NCBI GenBank assembly: GCA_052327205.1
Contig: CM126209.1
Span: 167,214,001 to 167,278,000, forward strand
Direction: 5' to 3'
Length of the DNA stretch: 64,000 nt
Origin: Somniosus microcephalus
Lineage: Eukaryota
The notes under the pieces were generated by a model that saw only the letters and a program-made list of their open reading frames with translations, searched no databases and was not told the DNA's origin. Positions 26,649 to 40,254 of the stretch are shown here, piece by piece. The first letter of the stretch is position 1. Every line of letters starts with the position of its first letter. The translations under genes and the position numbers were made by a program.

Positions 26649-28488
26649 GTATTGCCCCACGGAACTTATCTCTTCCTATCTTGACTCTATCTTTTCTCCC
26701 CTTGTCCAGTCTCTTCCCACCTACATCCGCGACTCTTCGGACGCCCTCTGCCACTTTAACAGTTTCCAGTTTCCAGCCCCCAACCGCTTCCTTTTCACCA
26801 TGGACGTACAATCCCTCTACACCTCCATCCCCCACCCGAATGGCCTGAGGGCGCTCCGCTTCTTCCTTGAACAGAGGCCCGACCAGTCTCCATCCACCAC
26901 TACCCTCCTCCGCCTGGCTGAACTTGTTCTCACATTGAACAACTTCTCCTTTAACTCCACTCATTTCCTCCAAATCAAAGGTGTTGCCATGGGTACCCGC
27001 ATGGGTCCCAGCTATGCCTGCCTTTTCGTGGGCTATGTGGAACAATCTTTGTTCCAGTCCTACTCGGGTCCCCTCCCTCACCTCTTTTTCCGATACATTG
27101 ATGGCTGTATCGGTGCCGTTTCCTGCTCTCGCCCCGAACTTGACAATTTCATTCACTTTGCCTCCAATTTCCACCCTTCCCTCACCTTCACATGGTCCAT
27201 CTCGGACTCTTCCCTTCCTCGACTTCTCCGTCTCCATCTCTGGGGATAGGTTATCAACCAATATTCACTACAAGCCCACTGACTCCCACAGCTACCTGGA
27301 CTACACTTCCTCCCACCCCGCTTCCTGTAAGGACTCTATTCCATTCTCCCAGTTTCTCCGTCTCCGCCGTATCTGCTCCGACGATGCCACCTTCCACACC
27401 AGTGCTTCAGACATGTCTTCCTTTTTCCACAACCGAGGATTCCCCTCTACCGTGGTTGACACTGCCCTCAACCGTGTCAGTTCTATCTCCTGCACTTCTG
27501 CCCTCACCCCTGCCCCTCCCTCCCGGAACCATGATAGGGTTCCCCTTGTCCTCACCTTTCACCCCACCAGCCTCCACATTCAACGGATCATCCTCCGGCA
27601 TTTCCGCTACCTCCAAAGTGATCCCACCACCAAACGTATCTTCCCCTCCCCTCCCCTTTCAGCATTCCGCAGGGACCGCTCCCTCCGAGACACCCTAGTC
27701 CACTTCTCTATCACCCCAAACAGCCCTTCCCCTGGCACCTTCCCGTGCAAGCGGAGGAGATGTAACACCTGCCCCTATACCTCCCCCCTTCCCACTGTCC
27801 AGGGCCCCAAACACCCCTTCCAGGTAAAACAGCGATTTACTTGTACTTCTCGCAATCTAGTATACTGTATTCGCTGCTCACGATGCGGTCTCCTCTACAT
27901 TGGGGAGACCAAACGCAGATTGGGTGACCGCTTTGCGGAACACCTCCGTTCAGTCCGTAAGGGTGACCCCGAGCTTCCGGTCGCCTGTCATTTTAATTCA
28001 CCGCTCCATTCCCACTCGGACCTCACCGTCCTTGGCCTCTTGTATTGTTCCACGGAAGCTCATCGTAAATGCGAGGAACAGCACCTCATCTTCCGATTAG
28101 GCACTCTGCAGCCTTCCGGACTCAATATCGAGTTCAACAATTTCAGATCATAAGCTCGGCCCCCATTTCATTTTCTCTTGTAATTGTTCCACTCCTTTCC
28201 CCGCCCCCCCCCCCCCCTTTCCTTTTGTTTCTCTCTCACACCTGGCAGCTATCTTTTGCCCTGCCAGTACACGTTACACCTAATCTCAGCCTATTACCAG
28301 CTCGTCTAGCTTCTAATCTCTTTTACTTCTTTTGTTTCTTTTATTCTTTTGTCCGATCGCAGCCCTGCCTTCGATCCAGTTTCTTTTCGTTCCAGTTTTG
28401 AAGAAGGGTTCGACCCGAAACGTCAACTCAAATTTCTCTCCACGGATGTTGCCTGACCTGCTGAGTTTTTCCAGCATTTTCTGTTGTT
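26649..28488 (+). mobile_element. Penelope-like retroelement (probably Neptune clade), 5'-truncated: RT + GIY-YIG endonuclease
   Basis: FTMDVQSLYTSI, GVAMGTRMGPSYA and RYIDG (mutated YIDD); frameshift near 27215; Cys linker PCKRRRCNTC; NLVYCIRC..YIGET. 12-bp TSD aatgcaacatac at 26637-48 and 28489-500. Confidence 0.95.
28394..28428 (+). ncRNA. Minimal type I hammerhead ribozyme motif (C3U variant) in the Penelope-like 3' end
   Basis: agtt-TTGAAGA-a-gggt(tcg)accc-GAAA-c-GTC-aact: stem I agtt/aact, stem II, palindromic ACGT stem III. Confidence 0.65.
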
Positions 28489-28605
28489 AATGCAACATAC
28501 TTCTTGTTCTGCTTTCCACCTACTTACTCCAATCTACTGAATTAGAGGTTTTGATCATTTAAGACTCCAGTTAACAAAGTGATAAATTAACATACTTAAT
28601 AAATC

Positions 28606-30055
28606 ATGTTGCCATAACTTGTCCCGCCCAGACCATCACAGTGGCAGTGTGGCTCTCATCTCCAAATCACATCTTCCTCTGTCCCCTCATTTAAAATCCT
28701 TGTTCTCCATTGCCCACCCAAGTACCATAAAAATGTACTTACCGAGATATCTTCAATGCTTTCCTCTTTCAGCATCTGTACTGAGCGACTGCTCATCCTC
28801 TGTGATTTCAACCTCCATCTCAATTCATCATGCTCCCTCTCCCGAGTTCACTACCCTCCTATCCTCCCTTAATCTCTCCCCAACCCATATTCACCACCAA
28901 CCTCTTGACTTTGCCATCTCACATGGCCTCGCTACTCCCATCGTGCCAATCACAGATAAGGCCATCTCAGATCACTTCCTTGTATCGCTCTCCACCCACA
29001 TCGACATCCCCCTCCCCATCCTACTTCCTTCTGCATCCACCCCTGGGGAAAAAACACCCCCAATTCACTGACAACTGCACTTTCAAAATCACAACTGTCT
29101 AACCTTTGGCACTCCATTCACCTTGATATTTCTGCTACCGATCTGTTCAGCCTCACCCTCACTTCCACCTTTGATGCCCTAGTCCCCATTAAAACCATTA
29201 CTCCCTCTCACCCTGGTACAGCCCTCATCTCCACTCCCTTAAGTCCAAGGGATGCAGACTTGAACGGATATGGCGGATAACTGGTTTAACCATTCACCAC
29301 AGATCTGGCTGGACCACAAAGCACCATCGGGTCCTGCTCTCGTCTGCAAAAACTGCTCACTATTCCCAACTTCTTATTTCTACTGCAAACCGTCTTCTTA
29401 AACCCCTCTCCCCTGTCTGCTCCACCCTCACCTCTAACAAGTGTGAGAAGCTCATGGACTTGTCACTAAGATTGAGACCATCTGATCAGCTGCCTCTGCC
29501 ACTTCCCTCCATTCCCCTCACCCACCGGGCCAAACATCCTCCAAGGTTCACCCCTGCTCTAGCCCTGAACTCGCATCTTTCTCTAGTTTCTCTCTTATGT
29601 CCACTTGTGCCCTCTCCAAGCTCATCTTGTCCACGAGACCCACTTCCTGCTTCCTCGACCCTATTCCCACTAAACTGCCGACCCCCCAACTTCCCTTCCT
29701 GGCCCCCATGTTAACTGATATAGTTAACAATTCTCTCCCCTCAGGTACTGTCCCCCTCCACTTCAAATCTGCTGTCATCAACACTCTCCTCAGAAAAAAA
29801 CAACCCTGGGCCACTCCGTCTTTGCAAACTACCCTTCCATCTCCAACCTCCCTTTCCACGCCAAAGTCCTTGAACGCGCTGTCGCCTCCCAAATCTGTGC
29901 CCATCTTTCCCGGAACTCTATGTTTGAATCCCTGCAATCTGGTTTCCGCAGCTGCCACAGCACTGAGACAGCTCTCATCAAAGTCATAAACAACATCCTA
30001 TGTGGCTGTGACAATGGTAAACGAAACCTCGCGACCTGTCTGCAGCCTTTGACAA
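28606..30055 (+). mobile_element. L2 LINE internal fragment (endonuclease end to RT start)
   Basis: AISDHFLVS, LDPIPTKL, FKSAVI and SGFR..HSTETALIKV motifs, degenerate. Confidence 0.85.
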
Positions 30056-31519
30056 CATTTGTCTAGATCTTAACCTTTGGGTGGCTGACAGCTGGGAAGG
30101 GGGAGGGCAGCTGCTTCTAGACTATATTGACATAGGATAGGTGTCTTTTTCCTCTTGTACAGCCCTTTGTAATGTCCAACAAATATAATTTAGAGGAAAT
30201 CAAAGTCTGTGCTTATCCACTGTACATGGGATTTACTTGGCTGTCAGGCATATTGGTTCACACCAGCAACGGTGTTCACAGCAGGATATCCTTCCTTTTA
30301 TGAATTGTGTGTTTGTATGGGAGGACAGCGTATTTAATTTAACTGACAGTAGCATCGCAAAGCACCCAAGCCAATCAGCTTAGTGTTCATGAGGTGGAAT
30401 TCAGTCTTACTGGACAAAAATTCAGTAACTTGTCCCCCTCATCACTGAATTAGCAAAAAGCAATCCATTACTTCTTGTACCACATTAAGGTTGTGTGAGG
30501 AAGAAATGAACACTTATGCAATTCCAAATATTCACGGCAGCTTTTTATTAAAACTGCATAATGAGAAATATTATACTATATAATCCTATCAACCCAAATC
30601 AAACACAAAATGGCAGGAAAGCCCTCTAAATTTATGGCTACGTATTACTTTTACCATCCTAGGGTGAATACTGAAACTTGGCAATCACTGTTCACACATG
30701 CGTATTACTGCTTATGGGCTTCACCGTGTGCTACTCTAGGTACTTTTTTTTTTAAATCTTGGCTTTATCATCAGGGAAATTATACGTAGTTTAAGTCACT
30801 GACCCCTAGTTTCTTTTTTTTAATGCAATTACATGATAACTCGCAGTAGTAAATGTACCTCATTGTTAATTTCTCAACTGTTAATTATGAAGTAACACCT
30901 AAACAGAAGACAATAGCTTGATGAAACATGCAAATCGGAAAGCACCTCTTCAAATTTTACACAGACACACGAGGTGTTCAGCAAGTTATTTGTTTTGATA
31001 ATAAATACCAGGAAACACTCAAAAGCACCGAAAACCAAGATTTACCACACTCATAGGGCTGTTTACTCCAACATTATTGGTTTTTATAGTTTTATTATTG
31101 TACGGTACTGAAATATAACAGTTATCATCCATTTGAGTGGTCTACAGAGAAGTCCAAACATTTTCACAAACAGGACTTTTCCAGTATCATTATGCAGTTC
31201 TGTTCAGAATTAGAATGGAGTGGAAGGAAGAGAAACTGGATGGTGCAGTGGGTTTATATTTGAGGACTGGTAGTCAGTGTTAGTTGGTGTCATAGACCCC
31301 ATTATTGTTCTTATTGTTTGATTTAATTGTATATCAACGAGTTTTGTATTGGAAGAGTTTAACCACACAGAGCACAGTATTCTCCGAGTGGAAGCGAGCT
31401 AGCACTGAGCTGCACAATGTTTGGGCATTAGCTGCAAGCTTGCTTAGGAGGGCATTTCTGCTCGAGCTTTTGAGCTACTTGGGGAGCTGGTCCTTACAGG
31501 TATGTGTGCAATCTAGAGT

Positions 31520-33380
31520 GAATAGCTTTGGGTCATATGCCAGGCGATCGCCATCCAAGATGATGTTGAGTCATCAACAAGGCGTCAGTCGCAAGGGCAA
31601 GGAATTTGTGGCAGGGGCTAAAGATGAAGGCTTTGGTCATCCCAATGTTAAACTGGAGGAAATTGTGACCCATCCAAGATTGCATGTTGGACAAGCAGTC
31701 TGACAACAGAGGTGGTGGAGAGGTCAAGAGAGATAGTGGAGCGGTAGAGCTGGGTGTCATCAGCATACGTGTGGAAGCTGATCCTCTGTCTTCAGATGAT
31801 TTTACTGTGGAGCAATGGCTAGATGAGGAAGAGGAGGGAAGCCAAGGATGGGAATGAGGTGGGTAGAGAAGCCATTGCTGGATACACTCTGGCTACAAAT
31901 GGATAGGTAAAAGTAGAGCCAAGTGAGGCCAGTCGCACTGAGCTGGACAATGGAGGATGGTGTGTCTGACCGTGTCAAAGGCCGAGGTGGACAAGGAGGG
32001 ATAGTGCACCATGGTCACAGTAACAGAGGACATCATGGTGACTTTGATTCGATCATTTCCACTGCTCTGGTGGGACAGAAACTTAGAGAGATTCAAACAT
32101 AGAGCTGCAGGAAAGAGGGCATGGATTTGGGAGGTGTCAACACTTTCAAGTGTTTTAGAGAGGAAAGGGAATGGAAAATGGGATGGTAGTTCGCAAGAAC
32201 ATAAGGGTTGAAGGTGGGATTTTTTGAGGAGGGGATAATGACAGCCATGTTGAAAGGGAGATGGTACCTGAGGGGAGGGAACCATTTGCAATGTCAACTA
32301 GCAGAGGCTTCGTTTAGTGAGAATGGGGTCAAGGGAGCAGGAGTTCAGTCTCAAATAAGATGAATTCAGAGGACATGAGGGCAGAGAGCCGAGAAAGATG
32401 CTGGTTCAGTGCTAGGGCAGGAGGATCGTGAGGGGAAAGAGAGGTTTGGTAGGCAAGGGAAAGGAGGCTGAAGCATCAGAACCAGTTGAATGGATGTTCT
32501 TATTCTTAGTGACAATGAAGTTCATGAGCTTCTCGCACTTGTTGAGAGTGGAGAGAACAGGGGAGAGGGGTTTAAGGAAATGGTTGGTAGTGGAGAAAAG
32601 AAGATGGGATTATCTTTGCTTTCCAGGTGAATCGTGCAGTAGTGGCAGGTTTTAGCAGAGGAGTGCGAGGCCCGATAACACGATGTGCTGCAGCCATATC
32701 TGTTGACGAATGGCTTAACCAGTTGTGAACCAGATACGCTCAAGTCTGCACCCTTTGAAATTGAAAGAACTTAGATCAGGGCCATACCAGAAGCAACACC
32801 AGGATGGGACAAAATAAAAGTTTAAGAACAGACAATGGCATCAAAAGTTGGTGGGGAGGGCGGGGTTGAGCAAATCAGCAGGTGCAGAAGTATTGTGGCA
32901 AATGGAATGCCAAAGGCAGTTGAAAGTTTAAAAGTGCAGTTGTAGGCGAATGGAGGAAAGATTTTGTTTTCCCTGTGGGGCTAACACAGAAGGAAATGGG
33001 GCTGGTAGAGGGGTAGGGGGATGCGAGTGGTGAGGAATAGAAGGAAGTGGCCAGAAATAGCCTTGTCTGTGATCGAGATCACGGGAGCAGGGAGGGCACG
33101 TGAAACGGCAAGGTTCAGGGAGTGGGTGTAAAAATAAGGAGGAGAGTTTATATGGAGGGAGAGGTTTAGGGAGGACAAGAGGGTAGTGAAATCAGACTTG
33201 AGCGCGCAAGCTGTTGTGAAAGTGTGAGAAAGCACCAAGGGTGAGGGGTTCATTCAATGCAGGGCTGAGGGAGATGATAGCGATCAAGGATTTTAAAGGA
33301 AAGGCGAGAGGGGTGGAACAAGGTAAGGAGCTCGAAGCAGGAGGAAGAGGAAGTGCCAGAGGAGCAGGGAGAATACATTT
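31520..33380 (-). mobile_element. Old L2 LINE fragment
   Basis: [27 protein letters not shown] and AISGHFL motifs. Confidence 0.8.
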
Positions 33381-33911
33381 CTAAATGCTTGCCAAGGCGG
33401 CCTCTTACCACAAAGGTGAATCTTTGGAATGTGCAGTTAACAATGTCAACTATTGTTCCAAGTTTTGAGCATGGAAGGGCTAAAATTAGTAAAAAAAACT
33501 GCACACAACTGACTATTTATTACCTATTCATCACAGAACAGTGTTCAAACATTACTATTCCAAACAGATAGGTACTGAGAGGCTCTGCAACAATTCTGCA
33601 CTTCCTGTAGCATGTCTCCTACAGGAAAATTAAATTTGATTTTCTCTTTATAGATTTGACCATTTGTTTAGTTTTAATAATGTACTACTTGAGCTCCACC
33701 AACATGCTAGAGTATGGGGTTCGATAGGTACAAAGCCACAATTATTTTCTCAAAACGCAGTCATAATTGCTGTAGAAAACAATTCAGGCAGGAAAAAGGT
33801 GGAGCGGTTCATTCAAGACAACTCCCACGCACCTCCCTGTGGCCTTCATCAGAACATAGTCAGTGACTGGCAGCAAGGTTCCCCACCTTCTCGGCCATAA
33901 TTTATGTCTTA

Positions 33912-34217
<306 letters not shown>

Positions 34218-35019
34218 CTATCCCTAGGTGGAATTTGTAAAAGAGCCAACACCTATAACAAGATTTTCTAGCTTCCAGAGTGACACCACATGCCATTCAT
34301 TTTGTTGCGTGCTTTCAAATAGCAGCTCTAAAATCAGTGACAGTGTGCAAACATTTTGGGCCAGAATTTACTGTAAGCGGCGAACAAACCTTGCCCACAT
34401 ACTTTCCATGAGCTTTTGCACTGAAAGTTGCTGTAAGTTAGTTAGAGATCCAAACAGCGCAATGCCCTCTACAGGGATCTGGAACCTGTGTGAAGCAAGC
34501 AAGTCTTTGTCTCCTTAACCAATCAGATAGAAGAATCATTAATGAGCAGCGCAGAGTCTGAAGCAGGAAGTGTCAGCTGGAATAGTGAATTCAATGTCAA
34601 ATCAGGTACTGAAAGCCTGAGAGGGAAAGAAAGATTGGATTGAGAGAGAGAAAAGGAGACAGAAAGAAAATGTTAAAAAAATCACCAAAAATTAAACGCT
34701 GAAAAATTGAGACTCGACGCATGTAATAGTTAATTTTTTTTAGTGCCAGAGAGGTTGTTTGGCAGTAATTAAGACTTAACAGGCTGTTAAAAAGGGCACT
34801 TAGACTGAAAAGGACTGGCCCTAACTTTCTGTGGCAAGTTTAGTTTGCATCTACTGTGCAACTGCATGAACTTCATGCCATTCAATGCCTTTGAAAGGGG
34901 CGCCAGGCAGCAAGATGCCGTTTTTGTGAAACTGGTGGCAGAGCAGCACATCTGACAGCAACTTCAGACTTTCGCATTTAACTGCCTGAAGTTGCTGTCC
35001 GATTCGTAAAACCTTTATA

Positions 35020-35947
35020 CAGGGTACAACATTGGTTAGGCCCCAGCTGTAGTATTGTGGCCAATTCTGGGTGCCACACTTTAGGAAGTATGTCAAGGCC
35101 TTAGAGAGAGGGTGCAGAGGAGATTTACTAGAATAGTACCAGGGAAAGAATTCAGTTACGTGGAGAGACTGGCGAAACTAAGGATTGTTCTCCTTAGGGC
35201 AGAGAAGGTTAAGGGGAGATTTGATAGAGGTGTTCAAAATCTTGAAGGGTTTTGTGAAAAGTAAAAAAGTAAAAACTGTTTCCAGTGGCAAAAGGGTTGG
35301 TAACCAGAAGACACAGACTTAAGGTGATTGGCAAAAGAACCAGTGGTGACGTGGGGAAACTTTTTTTTTTGAAACACAGCGAGTTGTGATGATCTGGCAC
35401 TGCCTGAAAGGGCGGTGGAAGCAGATTCAATAACTTTCAAAATGGAATAGGATAAATATTTGAAAAAGGAAAAATTTGCTGGACTATGGGGAAAGAGCAG
35501 GGTAGTGGGACGAAATCAGCACGGTGGCATAGTGGTTAGCACTGTTGCCTCACAGCGCCAGGGACCCGGGTTCGAATCCGGCCTCGGGCGACTGTGTGTG
35601 TGGAGTTTGCACATTCTCCCCGTGTTTGCGTGGGTTTACTCCGGGTGCTCCGGTTTCCTCCCACAGTCCAAAGATGTGCAGGTTAGGTTGATTGGCTATG
35701 ATAAATTGACCCTTAGTGTTAGGGGGATTAAATACGTGGGGTTACGGGGATAGGGTGGGATATGTGTTGGTGTAGGGGTTACAAGGATCGGGTGGGATAT
35801 GTGTCGGTGCAGGCTCGATGGGCCGAAATGGCCTCTATCTGCACTGTGGGGTTTCTGTGATTCTGTGAATTGGATAGCTCTTTCAAAGGGCCAGCACAGG
35901 CACAATGGGCCAAATGGCCGCCTTCTGTGCTATATCTTTCTATGACT
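35020..35947 (+). mobile_element. CR1 3' fragment nested in the MITE
   Basis: LVRPQL..QFWVPHFRK and RRLRGDLIEVFKI motifs; tail atgggccaaatggccgccttctgtgct. Confidence 0.88.
35517..35867 (+). mobile_element. HE1 V-SINE (tRNA-derived)
   Basis: A box tggcatagtgg, B box ggttcgaatcc, V domain gtggagtttgcacattctccccgtg..ggtttcctcccacagtccaaaga, and HER1-like tail. Confidence 0.92.
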
Positions 35948-36439
35948 TCCTCATAAATAACTGAGGGCTGTTAGCCTCACCATTATTTTGACAGTAAATT
36001 CTGTCCCATAGCCTTTGTCAGCACTGCCGCAGGCAGCAGCATCCGACGCTGCATATCTAAAGGAAGCTTCCGGATGGACAGATTACAATTTGTTTTGGCT
36101 AATAGAAGGCACAGAACGTGGCTCAAGCATACAAGCTGGCAACTTCATTTGCAATCACTGTACAGACCTTTCCCAGCTGAAGAACAGCCGGCAGCCAGAA
36201 ACTAAAGCCAAAAATTGAGACTTAAAAGCAACTGTACAAATCAGTGTATGGAGACACAAATGTCCAATTGTTGCTCCAGTACATTCAGCCATCTCCCCCA
36301 ACGTTTCTCCAGCTGTGTCTAATCTTGCTCCACTGCCCGCTCCCACACAACCACCAACCCCACCCTCCAACCCTTTGTGAAGCACAATTGGACATGTTGC
36401 TACCTTAAACGTTCTATGCACGTGCACGGATAAAACTGT

Positions 36440-36866
36440 GCACAACCTCGGCCGACATTTCAATGCAGTATTGAAACGGAACTGTATTGTCGGAGGTGCT
36501 GTCTTTCGATGAGATATTAAACCCAGGTGCTGTCTACCAACCATACACAATTCCCCCGCTGTCCTGACCAACATTCTGCTCTCAACAATCACCACCACCA
36601 AAAGATTATCTGGTCACTTGCTGGTTGTGGGACCTTGCTGTATTGAATTGGCTGATATGTTTGCATACACAACAACAAGGACAGTAATTCATTAGAAGTT
36701 CTGTAGACAGGTTTCGTCCCGAAACGTTGACTGTTTCTCCCTCCACGGATGTTGCCTGGCCTGCTGAGTTTTTCCAGCGTTTTCTGTCGTTATACAGTAA
36801 TTCATTGGCTGTAAGGAGCTTTGGGATGTAGGACATGAAAGACGTTATACAAACGCTAGCTCTTTA
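36440..36866 (+). mobile_element. Deu-type SINE with nested Penelope-like tail (36697-36790)
   Basis: tgtcggaggtgctgtctttcgatgagatattaaacc core and L2-type tail; the insert is homologous to 28394-28488. Confidence 0.7.
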
Positions 36867-37554
36867 TGAGGAGGGCATGAATTACAAATCATTGTACCTG
36901 CAACTGAACCAGTGAGCAGGGTAATTAAGCTCGTGAGAAGCAGATCACACTTCAGTTTCTTTTCCACTTGACTGAAGTGCGACTGGACAGCTCTTTTCAC
37001 TGCTGCAAATTGAAGCCTTTCAGCCTATACAAGTGAAATAAGAACATTTGCTCATTTGCCAGTTGTTTCGGAACGCTTTAGCAGCACTTGCAGAGATGTC
37101 CATGTTCTAGACAGCCGTACCCTCCCACTGAAGGAGAACATGGCAGCAAATGTGCAACATAAAGGAGTGAGGTGGGGCAGATGAAAAATAAGATGAGGTA
37201 GGTAATGCCTTGATGCTCTGGAATGAGTTGGGTGGAATCGTCACATTTTGGAAGAAAAACAGCATCATTCCACCTGCAGCTTTCAGGAACAGAGCGAAGT
37301 TCCCACCAACTAATTAGAATGATGCAAGCTCACATTTCACATCACAAGTTGGAGTGCATTTAATCAACAACTTACATTTATATAGCACCTTCAACATAGA
37401 AAAAATCTCAGTGCTTCACAGAAACCAAAAAAGGAGATATTAGGTCACATGACCAAAAGCTTGGTCAAATGGGGTCTTAAGAGTGTTTACTGAGGGATTT
37501 CTAGAGTGTGCGGCCTAGGTGATTGAAGGCATGGCCCCATCAATAGTAGGGGAA

Positions 37555-38662
37555 TCATAATCATCATCAACTTTGTCATTGTTAGTGCACAAGTGCAGTA
37601 CAACGAAATGTAGGCTTGCGGCTCCTGAGAGTGTACATTTAGATTAAGACATTTAAACATTCAACATACATTTGGCTTGTAATACATTAACATAAATAAA
37701 CATAACCATAATAAAGTGCATTGGCAGATGTGCAGGCTTTAGAGTTTATTTGTGGAGTTCAGTAGGATGACAGCCCTGGGAAAGAAGCTGTTCCTAAATC
37801 TGGTCGTATGCGAATGCATCTGTAGCGTCTCCCAGATGGCAGGAGGGCGAACAGACTGTGGCTGGGGTGGGTAGGGTCTTTGATGATGGACCGTGACCTC
37901 CGTAAACAGCGTTTCTGGTATATGTGCTTATGGTCGGTAGCCGGGTGCCGGTAATGCGTTGGGCAGTTTTGACTACCCGCTGCAGGGCTTTCCGGTCATA
38001 GTAGCTACAGCTGCCATACCATACTGTGATACAGTTTGTCAGGATGCTCTCGATTGTGCAGCGGTAAAAGTTAGAGAGGATCAGGGGTGACAGGTTACAT
38101 CCCTTCAGCCTCCTTAGGAAATATAGGCGCTGCTGGGCCTTCTTCACCAGAGAGGAGGTATTGAGGGGCCAGGAGAGGTCTTCCGTGATGTGGACTCCAA
38201 GGAACTTAAAGCTGTCCACCCTTTCCACCACAGCCCCACTGATGTGGATGGTGGTGTGACTTCCGCCTTTAGACTTCCTGAAGTCCACAATGATTTCTTT
38301 GGTTTTCTTGATGTTAAGGGCCAGGTTGTTATTGGCGCACCACCACTTCACAAGATGCTGGACCTCCTCCCTGTAGGCTGACTCATCGTTGTTGGTGATC
38401 TGGCCTACTACCGTGGTATCATCCGCAAACTTGATGATGGTGTTGGAACCATGAACAGCCACACAGTGAAGAGGGAGTAGAGGAGGGGGCTCAGCACACA
38501 TCCTTGTGGGGCCCCCGTGTTCGGGGGGGGGGGGAAGGTGTGGTTACCTAATTTGACAGACTGGGGTCTGTTTGTTAGGAAGTCCAGGGTCCAGTTGCAG
38601 AGGGAAGGTGTTCAGGCCAAGAGTGTGGAGTTTGGTGGCCAGCTTGTTGGGGACGAAGTCAG
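37555..38662 (-). mobile_element. Rex1/Babar LINE, 5'-truncated, nested in an L2 fragment (37366-37554 and 38663-38800)
   Basis: [50 protein letters not shown] and FYRCTIESILT motifs; (GAT)n-like tail. Confidence 0.88.
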
Positions 38663-40254
38663 AGGGTGAGAGTGTTGGAGGTGGGTGGGGGCAGGGTTGT
38701 CGGGCTGGAGGAGGTTGAAGAGTTAAGAAGGGGGCGAGGCCATGGAGGGGTTCGAACATGAGGCCTTGGCAGACCAGGAGTCAATATAAGCCAGCAAGGA
38801 CAGGGGTGATAAGTAAGCTAGACTTGCTGCTAGAGGGGATGCCGAGTCAGAATGAAAGTGGAGTTCTTTCCTGCTGCCTATAAATACAATTTTTAGAAGA
38901 TAGAATGTGTATACACCACAGTATAGCTGAAAGACACAGGAAAGGCTATGGGAGAAACAAGTGAATTGGTAAACAGGACAAAGCAACACCTATATATTGT
39001 ACAGATGTGCAAGAATACAGTTTTGAAACGAAGCTCTGAATCTAGACATTAAATAGCAATACGCAGAGTTACACAAAAAATCAGACCATTTCACTGATGG
39101 GTGAGTACATTTTATCCAACGCCAGCAAGCTTTCACAAGCTCAATTACCAAATATAGCCCCAGCCACGACGTTTCAATAATTATGCCAGGTTCTTAATTT
39201 TTCCCCTCATTTTTTAATATGTCCCAACTGGAAACTATGGAATGTTATAGCAGCAGATATCTGGCATAGACTTTAAGCTAACAGAACCTATTAGATCACA
39301 TCCTGTTTACCTAGTATATGTACATGAAATAGCATGTTAACTTCAGGGTGAAGGGCTTCCGTATGAGCAAGGCATGACTTGTACAGTACATAGATTGAGG
39401 CATAAACACAGAGCACAAGAGAGCAGTCAATCGTTTTATAAAACTCAGACACTGCACACGTTGCTGTAGATGTGAACAGAGCAACAGGTTAAAATAAACA
39501 CCTCTTTTCAGCTAATGGCCCACCGTCGGTCAGTGGCAGCGACCAGCTCTATGGTTAATCTTTAGTTACTCTGTAGAGAGTGTGATTGGCACCAAAGGTG
39601 AAACCATTACTAAAAGCTAATTGTCCATGTACAGTTAAAAACAAACATCTTCAGAAGCAGCAGGTTCCTGTTTTCAAACCAGGACATGTAAAGCTCCGCC
39701 TGGAAACTGCATTTGGATGACCATATGGGCATAATTAATAGAATTTTTTTTAAAAATTTACAGGCATTTTGTATTCACTCAACCACTTTAGTAAAATTAT
39801 ACATAATAGTAATTTTGCTCAATCTATGATGATTATGTATGGTATCTCCATGTCATTGAATCAAGAGCGGAACTAGTAGAAGTCTTATGTTTGGTAGGAA
39901 AAACAAAGTATTGGGGTGAGGGTATGTTACCTGCATTTATCAGTAAACACAATGGTAACACCTCTTCAGAATCAAACTTGGGTCAATCCAAGAGAGCGAG
40001 TAGGCAGCCTGCTGCCAGGACTCTCCAACGCAACTCAGGCCTGCACACACACTACTTACAGACAACTCGCTCTCAGATTTTCACTCCAATGTGGCAGATG
40101 TATGGCAACCAAATTGAAATCCTGTGAATATGAAAAAGGTAGGTACACAAGCTAAACTGAGAATCACACAATTTAAACATGCATCGAGGATGCGTTCAAA
40201 ATGGCAATTATTTGCTTCAATATATGAAAATTCCCAAGTTTACCCTAAACAAGA

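Larger units (their letters stand above)
34358..36007. mobile_element. MITE (Harbinger-like TIRs) split by nested CR1 and SINE
   Basis: TIRs gggccagaatttactgt / acagtaaattctgtccc, 16/17 match. Confidence 0.75.

Noticed and set aside
26533-27261. 242-aa antisense ORF
   Set aside because: Shadow frame of the Penelope RT.
35517-35590. tRNA gene
   Set aside because: The A and B boxes belong to the HE1 SINE head, followed by the V domain and LINE tail.
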